DNA of 64,000 nt from Opitutia bacterium (GCA_050506795.1 JBJHCF010000002.1:32001-96000), one strand, 5' to 3'. Shown: positions 30,284 through 39,342, numbered from the stretch's first letter. A program made the numbers and translations. The notes: generated from the letters alone by a model not told the origin.

Positions 30284-30363
30284 GGATAACCTTGTTTCAC
30301 GCGGTAAGGTTATCCTGATGGTTATCCGGTAGGTTATCCCGGAGGTTAACCGGGAGGTTATTC
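30284..30363. repeat. 12-bp-period iteron-like array (core GGTTATCC)
   Basis: Cores at 30308, 30320, 30332, 30344 (GGTTAACC) and 30356 (GGTTATTC); inverted GGATAACC at 30284 is in register. Confidence 0.8.
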
Positions 30364-30613
30364 GAATTGGGTTCCCATCGTGCATCATGTGCTCCTCATA
30401 CTCCCAACCGACCGGCAGGGACCCGGTGATTGAAGAGCCGCTGAGCCTGGGTCGCCATCCAATGCCGTTCCCCACTGACGAAAGCGCCCTCGCCAATCAG
30501 AAGCTCCCTCGGAAGCATCCACCTGCCGTTCGGGGCTGGCAAGGCCGGTCTCTGGGCAGCAATTTCGACAAGGAAGGATCACTATTCCCGTCCTGGTTCC
30601 GGGTTCCGCTTGT

Positions 30614-30648
30614 GCGTGCTTGACGCGTGGGGCACGCGTCAAGCACGC
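30614..30648. repeat. Perfect 16-bp inverted repeat with a 3-nt loop
   Basis: GCGTGCTTGACGCGTG-ggg-CACGCGTCAAGCACGC. Confidence 0.9.
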
Positions 30649-30971
30649 GTCGGCCGGGTGTGGTTCTGCACTTCGCTTCGACAATCCTGTCGATCCCGTC
30701 AACGAGGCTTCTGGCGGTGGCAGCGAAATAGACCTCTTCTTGCCCCCCAGTGAGTCCGGGGAAAAATTTTTTTGAATTCATTTCCGGGCCAGTCTCCGGG
30801 CTGCGGTCGCGGGGTCGCTGGGAAATACCCTCTTTTCACCAACAATCCTCACCACAAAAACACATCCCAAGAACCAACCCGCAAGCACTCCAATCCCCCC
30901 ACCAGGGGCAATATCTAAAGCGTTTTGCCATTAAGCCACTGATTTCGAGATGTTTGCCAAAAACATTTCGG

Positions 30972-32324
30972 TTATTCGCCAACTATTGGACGGAACCCCA
31001 TTTTTCGGTGGTAAAATTCATCCATGACCCGCCTTAATTCCTCCTTCTGGGAAACAGGGACGATGAATGAGTCGTGACAGGTAAGGCACGGAAATCCTTT
31101 TTGGGCGAAATGGGACAGGATCTCAATGGCAATTTCGGATTCGATCCGCATCAGAACCACGCCGTAATCTTTGCAGAATCTGTGCTTGATTCTGTGGTGA
31201 ATCTTCAGCGCAAGGACATAGATTTGTGCGAACGACAATCCAGTCTCCTTCCAAGCCGAATAGAGGTCTACTGCCTTACGAAGAGATTTCCCGGATTTTT
31301 CGGTTCCATCCCCATTCTTGAATCTCATCGCCTTATTGCAGGCGTTGATCGCGCGCGTTCTACTCCGGACATTGATCGCAGCGTTGATCAACTTTTTCGC
31401 CAATGCTCTCTTTTCTGGTGTGGTCCTGGTGTCCCAAAGAGCATAAGGGTCGTCGCTAAAGGGAATTTTCTCCAGGTGATATAGCATCCGAGGGTGCATC
31501 CCACTGTAATCCAACTCGGCGGATTTCTCTCCGTCGAACTTGATGGTTTTCCGCTGGTGTTTGGACAGATTTTGATGTCCGTATTTCGTCGTATGAAGCC
31601 GACCATTCCACTCCCAATGCTGGGTGAATATTGCGCGGTGAATCGGACGTAGCTGTCGCTGGCTTTTCGAATGCCAAGGCCTATAGACTATCGTCGATGT
31701 GGAATTGACCTCGTTGATCAGAGTGAGTTTCAATTGTGCTTCTGTTGCTATCGGTTTGCTCCAATCAACCGGAAGATTCGTCTTTGCCTGGCGGTCACGC
31801 AACGAAACGTATACTTTCTCCACCTCTGGATCGAATTCCCATGGATCAATCGAACCAAAAAGCTCAACAATTGGAGAAAGCGGTAGCAAGCGACTCATCT
31901 TCCGACTCCCTCTTGGACTCCGGTGCTCGCGAAAGAGCCCTTCGTTGACGGCACTATCCACAACTTGTATGTAGATTCGCTTCGTGGTACCGGTATTCCG
32001 CGAATACATAATGCAGCCATTAGCCCAAACCGCTCGCTTGGCCGCAAGAATTAGATTCCGGAAGAAAGCTTGTTTTTCATCGCCTTTCTTCCCCCTCGGC
32101 CTCAGCTTGGCGAACAGACTATCAGCCTGATCGCGCGTTTCCATGGGTACGTCTTCCTTGAGATCAATCGAAACAGCCGGGAGCTTGTTGTAAACGGTAT
32201 AAGGCGGAATCTCCCGAGCCCTTTTATCCCAAGCAATCGGACAGGTAAATGGAGGGCAGGCCGTCCCCTTCCCTCCGCTAACCGTTTCCTCCCGCACGCC
32301 GAGGCTGCTTTCCTTCTGGGCCAT
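30972..32324 (-). CDS. Family-A (PolA/T7-type) polymerase-fold protein without exonuclease domains
   Basis: GRL...QNL..R, motif A ELDYSGMHPRMLY, motif B KRALAKK, LMRIES, motif C LTCHDSFIV. Confidence 0.75.
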   Translation of the reverse strand: MAQKESSLGVREETVSGGKGTACPPFTCPIAWDKRAREIPPYTVYNKLPAVSIDLKEDVPMETRDQADSLFAKLRPRGKKGDEKQAFFRNLILAAKRAVWANGCIMYSRNTGTTKRIYIQVVDSAVNEGLFREHRSPRGSRKMSRLLPLSPIVELFGSIDPWEFDPEVEKVYVSLRDRQAKTNLPVDWSKPIATEAQLKLTLINEVNSTSTIVYRPWHSKSQRQLRPIHRAIFTQHWEWNGRLHTTKYGHQNLSKHQRKTIKFDGEKSAELDYSGMHPRMLYHLEKIPFSDDPYALWDTRTTPEKRALAKKLINAAINVRSRTRAINACNKAMRFKNGDGTEKSGKSLRKAVDLYSAWKETGLSFAQIYVLALKIHHRIKHRFCKDYGVVLMRIESEIAIEILSHFAQKGFPCLTCHDSFIVPVSQKEELRRVMDEFYHRKMGFRPIVGE

Positions 32325-32454
32325 CCTTTAACTCACACAATCCTCCTACTGTATAGTTCAATTGAGGCAGTCTTTATTCAGGCAACAAGCATCCACGATT
32401 TCAAGCTCCAAAACAAATAAGAAACTGTCAATTGTGCCACAGCCGCAAGGGAGA

Positions 32455-32548
32455 CTCATTGTGGGCTCATTGAACGCTACGTGAATGCTCACTGAAGAAT
32501 CAATGAGCATTCACTCTTCGCAGTTGATTCACCTGATCAGCTCATTCA
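32455..32548. promoter_or_regulatory. Cluster of GCTCA(T/C)TGA-like boxes including a 15-bp hairpin upstream of the polymerase-like gene
   Basis: Boxes at about 32455, 32465, 32487, 32500 (inverted) and 32540; GTGAATGCTCACTGA-agaa-TCAATGAGCATTCAC at 32481-32514. Confidence 0.6.
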
Positions 32549-33434
32549 TTCGATTCTCGCTTATACGGATCGTAGTTGTAATAGCGCGTCCAGAATGACT
32601 GCCTGGAGCTGAAATTTATGGACGACATGATATCCCAGCAGTCACCAGCAATCGGAAACGCGATACACTGATACCAGAAACCCACTTTGCTCAAAAATTT
32701 TGTCACCCCCAACCCATCGACTCCGGGCCGGTCGTGCCGAAGCGTCCTCCCCCCCCTCCCCCCGTTTTCCTGGCGGCGCGACTCACTACGAATCCCGCCT
32801 TAATCAGGGACATCCGACCGCCAACACGTAGCAAACGCCGGAAATTGAATCTTGGATGTTTCGCAAGTCGCTTTTGCTGATGCTTTTGCAGGCACTCAAC
32901 ACCCTGACTCGAAGTCAGGTTTTCAATCCATCGGCTCCCCGATCTCCCGGCGAGCGAGGCTAGCGCCGGTCCCGTTCCCCGGCTCAACGCGTCCAAACGA
33001 AAGAAGTGATCTCAGGCCGACGCGCGACAACCAATTGAAACCGGATGGTTCTCTGCCCCTCTTGATGCCCTCAGCGCCCCCAGGAGCTCGCCAAAGGACC
33101 GCCCGCACCTGATCCTCGCCACAGCCAAGAGCGCCCTCACAAGCGATCACAGAGGCCGCCCCTTTTGCCGCGTTTCCTTCTCGCCCAAACCCATTGGATT
33201 GTCCCGACCGATGGAAGACCCGCTAAACGCGAACTCTCTTTGCCGGTATGGAAGCCGACTCACCAGGCGCGGACGCCATCAAAGCTTTCCCGGGCCGCGA
33301 GAGCGTTCCTTTTTATTCTGTCTCTACAGCCGGAACTTTCCTCCCGCTCCGCACGCCACTCACCGTTGACGGTGATGATCCACGAAGACAGTCAGGCTGG
33401 AAGCCTGATCATCGGCGAAAGCGCCGATCCTACT

Positions 33435-33476
33435 CTCCCGCATGGCCGCGGCTGCGCGGGAGCGCCGCCCTCCACG
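33435..33476. repeat. Internally deleted copy of REP-like family B
   Basis: 13-mer CTCCCGCATGGCC and 23-mer GCGCGGGAGCGCCGCCCTCCACG identical to 39232-39244 and 39320-39342. Confidence 0.75.
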
Positions 33477-33602
33477 AAGAGGAAGCGCGATCCCGATTCG
33501 GTTTCTCAAGCGATGAACCAGCTTAACCGAGTGCCATTCCCTCTAACCCGCTATTTAATGCGAATCATCGAGTTTCAAAAAACTCAAAAAACCTCTTGAT
33601 CA

Positions 33603-33621
33603 TTACGACATATTGTCGTAA
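33603..33621. promoter_or_regulatory. Palindromic operator upstream of radC
   Basis: TTACGACA-tat-TGTCGTAA, directly after a TTGATC -35-like hexamer. Confidence 0.65.
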
Positions 33622-33701
33622 GAAAGAAAACAGAATTGAAGTCTTTGCCTCAACCAAAACACCAACCGCCCGGCACCAGGGCGTTAAAGTCGGCAATCGC
33701 A

Positions 33702-34163
33702 ATGGACATCACAGTCAAAGAGCTGAAACTGAGCTACCGGGAAACCGGCGAAACGATGAAGGCGGGCAAGATCAACAGCCCAGAGGCAGCAGCCCAATAT
33801 ATGGCAGGAGCATTCGACGACCACCCGGATCAAGAGCATTTCTTCGTCCTCCTGGTTGACCGGAAAAATCAGGTCAAGGCCCGTCACTTGGTAACAGTCG
33901 GAACGCTGACCAGCAGTCTCGTTCATCCTCGCGAGGTATTCCGGGCCGCAATTGTGGGGGGAGCCGCTTCCATTATTGCGATTCACAACCACCCCAGCGG
34001 CGACCCGAGCCCGAGCAGCGCGGACATTCAGGTGACCCGTCAACTTCGAGAAGCGGGCAAAACCGTTGCCATCGATCTCCTCGATCATGTTATTATCGGG
34101 ACCAAGGAAAGTGACCCGAATCAAAAGGGATTCTACTCTTTCAAAGAATCCGGACTCCTCTGA
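33702..34163 (+). CDS. radC: RadC-like JAB/MPN domain protein (short, mobile-element type)
   Basis: QEHF, GTLTSSLVHPREVF, HNHPSGDPSPS.AD, LLDHVIIG; ATG 33702 preferred over TTG 33636. Confidence 0.92.
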   Translation: MDITVKELKLSYRETGETMKAGKINSPEAAAQYMAGAFDDHPDQEHFFVLLVDRKNQVKARHLVTVGTLTSSLVHPREVFRAAIVGGAASIIAIHNHPSGDPSPSSADIQVTRQLREAGKTVAIDLLDHVIIGTKESDPNQKGFYSFKESGLL

Positions 34164-34172
34164 GCAAATGCC

Positions 34173-34196
34173 GCCCCGGGGAACAGTCCCCGGGGC
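34173..34196 (+). terminator. GC-rich 10-bp hairpin after radC (no clear U-tract)
   Basis: GCCCCGGGGA-acag-TCCCCGGGGC. Confidence 0.4.
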
Positions 34197-34225
34197 ATTG
34201 ACCGCAAATTCATTTCGCTTCAATC

Positions 34226-34426
34226 ATGAGAGACCACAGGACAAATGCCGGGAATGTCCCGATTGGCGAAACTCGCGAGCTCTTCGACACAGCTCAGGAT
34301 TTCCGCCTTGTCGGGGAGACCGTCACTGATCCAAGGGAAGCCACCGCCGCCGCTTTTCGCAGACGGAAACAAGACACCTTACAAACCAAGCTTTTTCAAC
34401 CAGACGAAACCAAGGAAAGCCCGTGA
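34226..34426 (+). CDS. Small hypothetical protein (66 aa)
   Basis: ATG start; its stop overlaps the GTG of the next ORF. Confidence 0.55.
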   Translation: MRDHRTNAGNVPIGETRELFDTAQDFRLVGETVTDPREATAAAFRRRKQDTLQTKLFQPDETKESP

Positions 34427-34590
34427 GCTGGAGCGATGCCAAGACCGAAGCCGCCCGTTTAATGAAAGAGATGCGAGGGAAATACCCGCTCCCCTTCGTC
34501 CGCATGGTTGTGGACGCCCTCAAGCGTGAGCTCCGAGCCGCCGAGAGCGAAGAGAAACGTCAGGCAAAGGAATCAGACGATCAAGAATGA
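34423..34590 (+). CDS. Small hypothetical helical protein (55 aa, absent from the ORF track)
   Basis: AAGGA RBS then GTG; MSWSDAKTEAARLMKEMRGKYPLPFVRMVVDALKRELRAAESEEKRQAKESDDQE*; GTGA and ATGA overlaps on both sides. Confidence 0.65.
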   Translation: MSWSDAKTEAARLMKEMRGKYPLPFVRMVVDALKRELRAAESEEKRQAKESDDQE

Positions 34591-34826
34591 GCCCTGAAGA
34601 ATACCGCATAGCCCGGGAAGCCCGCGGAACCCAGATGGCGGTCGCCAAGAAACTCGGCGAACACTGGCGGACCATTCAACGCCGGGAAGCCGGAGACACC
34701 CGCATCACCCGATCAGCCGAGCTCGCCCTGCTCTCAATCCGGAAACGCCGCAAAAGCCACCCCGGCACCAGTACCGGCCCATTTTCCGGGAAAGCCTCCA
34801 CTCGTTCCTCTAAATCAACCCCTTAG
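34587..34826 (+). CDS. XRE/Cro-type HTH protein
   Basis: MSPEEYR.ARE..GTQ..VAKKLG...RTIQRREAG pattern. Confidence 0.75.
   Translation: MSPEEYRIAREARGTQMAVAKKLGEHWRTIQRREAGDTRITRSAELALLSIRKRRKSHPGTSTGPFSGKASTRSSKSTP
34813..34825 (+). promoter_or_regulatory. IHF-binding consensus next to the att core
   Basis: AATCAACCCCTTA matches WATCAANNNNTTR. Confidence 0.55.
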
Positions 34827-34840
34827 GAATTGCATCCAGG

Positions 34841-34897
34841 GGACTTAAAATCCGTTCCTTGCAAAAGGGTGAGGGTTCGAGTCCCTCTCCGGGCACC
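34841..34897 (+). pseudogene. 3' half of tRNA-Leu(TAA), probable attR direct repeat
   Basis: GGA-CTTAAAA-TCC anticodon loop, long variable arm, T-arm GAGGG-TTCGAGT-CCCTC, acceptor 3' strand TCCGGGC-A-CC; no matching 5' acceptor strand. Confidence 0.85.
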
Positions 34898-34925
34898 GCC
34901 TCTGTTTATGCGGCATACAGGCGCT

Positions 34926-35000
34926 GTGACCCAGCCATTCCTGTCTGGTCGTCCCAAACCTCGGACTCCGGGACATCGCAGGCAGGAATGCCTGGGTCAC
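34926..35000. repeat. Inverted pair of REP-like family A
   Basis: GTGACCCAGCCATTCCTGTCTGG ... GCAGGCAGGAATGCCTGGGTCAC. Confidence 0.75.
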
Positions 35001-35048
35001 CCCGGACCATCGCGGTCTGTAACCGTCTCCAGGTCAGAACGTTGGGCG

Positions 35049-38000
35049 TTACTCCCTCATTTCGACGCGGATTCTCATGAACCGCGTCGCCTGTTCGGTT
35101 ACCGGAACGTTGTCCATCACGGTCAATGTCTCGATGCCTCCGGTTGAAATCAATTCCACGATCTGTTGATCACCAAGGACTTCCCAATTTTCGAGATCCT
35201 CCGAAACTTCCACCAGGAGGGCGACGTCGGCAGCACCGATCCGGCGGGTAAATTCAATCGCCAGGTAGTCGCCTCCCGTCGCATCGTCGTGGATCAAACC
35301 CACCCGCGGAAGGTCTTCCGGATCGGGGGAGTGGGGATCGATTCCCAGTGCGTAACGAAGCAGGTTGGGAATTCCGTGTCCTCCCCTGTCTCCGCGAGGA
35401 TCGATCCATTCCGGATTGGCAAAATCACTCGCCGAGAGGTGCACGCTCAGCCAATTCGCGTATCCCGAGGCCAACGATTCAATGATTACACCTTCACGCC
35501 CGGCAGCCACCCAGAACGTCTCCCCGAAGATGACTCCCTCCAGCGTTTGCGGAACCCCCGAGGCGTTTGCACGCCACCTGTCCCCGTAGATGGTGGTGGC
35601 GATCGCTCCACCGGTTCCCACGACGACAAACAGCTCGTCGCCGAATCGAACGCCGCGCAGGCCACCGCCGGAGTCAACGGATTGCGACCTCCAGTTTATC
35701 CCGTCCAACGACGTCAACGCGACCGGTTCGGCGGCGCCACCCACGGCGACAAAGCGTTCGTTCCCGTAGGCGATTCCGTAAAGCGGATTGGTGGTCCCGG
35801 AGTCGCGCCGGGTCCAATCCATCCCGTCTTCCGAGGAATACACACTCCCGCCGGCGCCCACGGCGACGAACCGCCCCGCGCCATAGGTTACGTCGTGCAA
35901 ATCGAAGAACTCACCCGCAAACCGAAGCCGCCAGGTCCCGTCGCTCTGCCGAAGCTTCGTCCGCCCGTCCCGGCCGACGGCGACAAATTCGCCGTCACCG
36001 AAGGCTACCGAATGAAAGCCGCGGATCGTTTGCGGCTCGACCCGTATCCACTCGGTCGCATCCTCCGATTCGAGCACAAAACCGGTCTCACCCACCGCGA
36101 CATACCTACCGTCACCCTCCGCGAGTCCCCGCAAGTCCGCGGTCACTCCCGTGTCTCCCGGCACCCATTCCCGCGCGTCGCCGGATGACAGCAGGGTTCC
36201 GGAGGCCCCGACGGCGAAAAATCGTTCCCCGTCAAATATAACGTCGAACAGATCGGCCGCGGTTCCGCTTGAACGGACCCTCCAGGAAAACGCCGGCGGC
36301 GAGTCGAGCAGGACATCGCTCACGAAAACCGTGACAAAATCGCTTGGCAGCGTTTCGCCCGAATCAAAGGAGACCAGCGCTTGAATGAAGTAGTCCCCCG
36401 GCGCGGCGGGACTCCATTCGTACACAAAGGGCGCGGCGTCAACGACCCCCAGGCTTTCCCCCTCCACCAGAAATTCCACTTCTGTCACAGTGAAGAATTC
36501 CCCGTCGATTACGCTCAATTCGACGGTTTCGCCCAACACGATCCTGTCGCGTGAAACCTGAAGGCCGGCCTGGAGGGCGGGTGGGACCACCTCGATCAAC
36601 ACAACGGATGAGGTGCGCTCGTTACCGGCCTCGTTGCGGACGCGAGCGCGAAGCTCGTGGATGCCGGGATCAAATGCCTCAAATGTGAAGTCCAGACGGT
36701 ATCCGCCACCACCGACGGGTTCCCCCTCTCCGATCATTTCTCCGTTTACAAGGAATTCGACGACATCGACCAGGCTTCCCGTCGCCCATGCGTCGGCCGA
36801 CAGTGCGACCGCATGATTCAGGGGAATCTCGACCACGCCGTCGGGATTTTCGATCGAGAAATACCCGGAAGGTTCGGTCAACTCGACCTGGAGAATACCC
36901 CGAGTCACGGCAACGTCGATAAACTCGTGCGGCGCCGAACCGCCCACTCCCAGGGGTGTGATGTGGAGGTTCGTGAACGGATCGGAAAACGTTTCCCCAA
37001 TCGCAAGCGGAGAATCCGCCGCGCTTGACAGTCCCACCGTGACGCCGTGCACCGCCTGCCGCATGTTCAGGAGGTGATTTCCAAAGAAACTTCCCTCGTC
37101 GCCCCACGAAATCACGACCCCCTCGCGCGCCCGCTCGTTCGCCTCGAAAAGTTGCCGGAACTCGATCCAGTAATCCTTCAGCGGCGGGTCGGGAAACTCC
37201 CAGTGATTCCGATTGACCACCCGTATCGCCTGGCGACGTTCCGGAACGTGCCCAGCCCCGCCGTCAAGCCGATGTAGCCGGAATGTGCCGCTTGAGGTCG
37301 CATCCGGAACCACATGCGTGTTCGCTTCCGGCAACCACCGCAGGAAGGATTTGAAGCTCGCCTTAAAATGATTCGCCGGAAAGGCCTGGATCGTGCTCAT
37401 GATATCAAACACGTTCCCCGCCTCGACCGTTCTCGCATTCTCAATCGGGTAGCCCCCCAGGGGACCGACTGGCGCCCAATAGCGCGAGTGAAACAACCCG
37501 AAATTGTGTCCCAACTCGTGGACGACCACTGCGGGATTAAAGGCGCCGATAACCCACGCCCCCTTCCCCCCGACCAGTCCGTACCCCGCCGGAAGCCCTT
37601 CCACCGCGGCAGTCGCGACAATAACAAAGTCGTACTCCCCCACGTATCCCGCGTCGTTCGCACGCGCACGCGCTTCTTCTTGAACCGTCGCCGGATTCAT
37701 TCCGATCACACCATTCGGCTCCAGCGCCTCGGTCACATGGACCGTTGTAAACGAAAACTGCCGAAACGAATTGGCACGCAGGAAATCATTTACCGCCTCC
37801 ATCGACGTCCGGACGGTTTCCCCGTCCGGCGGGGAAAGGAACTGCGGATCCTCCTCACCGTTGTCTTCCCCTTCCTGTTGAAGCACTAATCGGATCACCA
37901 ATACGCTCTTATCGCCCCTCGTTTCGTACGGATGAGGTATCCAGTCATCCTCGTTTTCGGAAATGAAATCATCCGTAAGCGCCATAAAATGTTTCGGGCC

Positions 38001-38870
38001 GCAGCCGCGTTCGCCGCACAGCAGATAAACCCCGCCCGGCGATTCCGCAGCCACCGTCCCGCCGCGGACCTCGGCCGGGGCATCATTTGTCTCGACGACC
38101 GCTCCGGTCTCACAAAGGTACTCAAAAACCTTGGATCCGGCGGCGAAACGCTCTCCCGTCTCCATCAACCGCAGCGGACTCTCGTGCAGCGCCATCCTTC
38201 CGTCCACCGCAATCCCGTGGAGCGACAATCCCCGCCCCGTTCGCTGATTCAGGCGCCGTCCATAGGTGAAGGCCTCGTACCTCTCGCCGCCGAAATCGAC
38301 GTAGCGTAAAACCAAATCCCGCGAGCCGGTCCGCACGACCCCGGGGGTGACCCCGAAAACAGCCAGATCACCGGTTCCCCCCACACGCTCTTCGAGCAGG
38401 GATCGCACCGCTTCCGGAAGGTCTGCGCGGGAGCGCGTGGACACCGTCAATGATAGGGCCATTTCCGGATCGTCCCGAATCAGCCCGTACAGCGCGTCCC
38501 GCCGCGCCCGCACCAACTCAACCCCTTCAGCTTCCATTTGAACCCTCCGGGACTCCGACGCGGTCGCGTATTGTCTCGTCCAGTTGTCGAAACTCCCGAA
38601 AACGTCCGCATGTTCGGGCTCGCCGGCGAACGCCCGCGGTGAATGGCGCCCCGTCGCTTCATGCAAGGAACCATCCGTTTCATCTCCCGGGTAATCGTCA
38701 GTCGCAGCGGCGACGATCCGCGAACCGTCGCCGGCAGGCATTCCTTCCCGGACGGATTCAGGTCCGGGATCCGTCGACCTTACGTTAGACCCGGCCCACC
38801 AGACGATTGCGGCTGCTCCCGCCGCCAACACCGCGCGGAAGTGGGCTTGCTGGAGTATTGAAATTTTCAT
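35049..38870 (-). CDS. Secreted M11/M6-like zinc metallopeptidase with Ig-like domains, BNR-like repeats and C-terminal F.RIRV domain
   Basis: HELGHNFGLFH, G..FDIM Met-turn, VEFLV.GE Ig repeats, YG.GRFVAVG repeats; ATG 38870 (MKISIL..., then a TM segment) preferred over 39026. Confidence 0.85.
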   Translation of the reverse strand: MKISILQQAHFRAVLAAGAAAIVWWAGSNVRSTDPGPESVREGMPAGDGSRIVAAATDDYPGDETDGSLHEATGRHSPRAFAGEPEHADVFGSFDNWTRQYATASESRRVQMEAEGVELVRARRDALYGLIRDDPEMALSLTVSTRSRADLPEAVRSLLEERVGGTGDLAVFGVTPGVVRTGSRDLVLRYVDFGGERYEAFTYGRRLNQRTGRGLSLHGIAVDGRMALHESPLRLMETGERFAAGSKVFEYLCETGAVVETNDAPAEVRGGTVAAESPGGVYLLCGERGCGPKHFMALTDDFISENEDDWIPHPYETRGDKSVLVIRLVLQQEGEDNGEEDPQFLSPPDGETVRTSMEAVNDFLRANSFRQFSFTTVHVTEALEPNGVIGMNPATVQEEARARANDAGYVGEYDFVIVATAAVEGLPAGYGLVGGKGAWVIGAFNPAVVVHELGHNFGLFHSRYWAPVGPLGGYPIENARTVEAGNVFDIMSTIQAFPANHFKASFKSFLRWLPEANTHVVPDATSSGTFRLHRLDGGAGHVPERRQAIRVVNRNHWEFPDPPLKDYWIEFRQLFEANERAREGVVISWGDEGSFFGNHLLNMRQAVHGVTVGLSSAADSPLAIGETFSDPFTNLHITPLGVGGSAPHEFIDVAVTRGILQVELTEPSGYFSIENPDGVVEIPLNHAVALSADAWATGSLVDVVEFLVNGEMIGEGEPVGGGGYRLDFTFEAFDPGIHELRARVRNEAGNERTSSVVLIEVVPPALQAGLQVSRDRIVLGETVELSVIDGEFFTVTEVEFLVEGESLGVVDAAPFVYEWSPAAPGDYFIQALVSFDSGETLPSDFVTVFVSDVLLDSPPAFSWRVRSSGTAADLFDVIFDGERFFAVGASGTLLSSGDAREWVPGDTGVTADLRGLAEGDGRYVAVGETGFVLESEDATEWIRVEPQTIRGFHSVAFGDGEFVAVGRDGRTKLRQSDGTWRLRFAGEFFDLHDVTYGAGRFVAVGAGGSVYSSEDGMDWTRRDSGTTNPLYGIAYGNERFVAVGGAAEPVALTSLDGINWRSQSVDSGGGLRGVRFGDELFVVVGTGGAIATTIYGDRWRANASGVPQTLEGVIFGETFWVAAGREGVIIESLASGYANWLSVHLSASDFANPEWIDPRGDRGGHGIPNLLRYALGIDPHSPDPEDLPRVGLIHDDATGGDYLAIEFTRRIGAADVALLVEVSEDLENWEVLGDQQIVELISTGGIETLTVMDNVPVTEQATRFMRIRVEMRE

Positions 38871-39221
38871 AGACCCAGGAACAAGGTGGATTGAAACGAC
38901 CAGAATGCGACCAACAACACGGGACAGATCGAACCCCGGGGAAACGCCCGAACCGGAGCTCCATTGTGTCCGGATCAGAACCGGATTCAACAAAAATCTC
39001 GGGAGCCACCGTGCCGTTTGGGTCACTCCCGCGGATTAACCTTTTGCCGTTTCCGGCAGTCCGGCGGTGCAAGCAAAACTGGATTTCGTCCCGCCGGTCC
39101 CCCGCCATCCGCCGGGGCAGGAGATAAATCGCTCCAGACTACCGCACCGGAGGCGCCGGAATCCCAGCCGGTGTTAGTCCCATAATTCTGAAATCTTGCG
39201 CAGATCGCGCAAAATATTCTC

Positions 39222-39342
39222 GAGGGCCATGCTCCCGCATGGCCCGGGGTCGCCCCAAAAGCGGACGTGGTGATCACTCCCCTTCGTAACGGCCACCACG
39301 TCAGGCACACCTTCCGGCGGCGCGGGAGCGCCGCCCTCCACG
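39222..39342. repeat. REP-like family B doublet (REPIN-like)
   Basis: GAGGGCCATGCTCCCGCATGGCCC and GCGCGGGAGCGCCGCCCTCC in inverted orientation around a spacer containing ACGTGGTG/CACCACGT. Confidence 0.65.

Larger units (their letters stand above)
1..34897. mobile_element. Right part of a putative tRNA-Leu-integrated genomic island (left end and integrase outside the window)
   Basis: Ends in a 3'-half tRNA-Leu copy (34841-34897) with an upstream IHF box; cargo of RM/defence genes, radC, IS and integrase remnants and AT-rich patches; housekeeping-type genes follow on the right. Confidence 0.7.

Noticed and set aside
30284..30363. CRISPR array or DnaA-box cluster
   Set aside because: The period is only 12 bp with no spacers or cas genes; the cores are not full TTATCCACA boxes
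29936..30781. Minus-strand ORFs of 186 and 94 aa downstream of the polymerase-like gene
   Set aside because: No recognisable domain and they overlap DNA repeats and hairpins; degraded genes cannot be excluded but are not supportable
34830..34897. Functional tRNA-Leu gene
   Set aside because: The 5' acceptor strand is absent and the anticodon stem is incomplete; treated as an att duplicate
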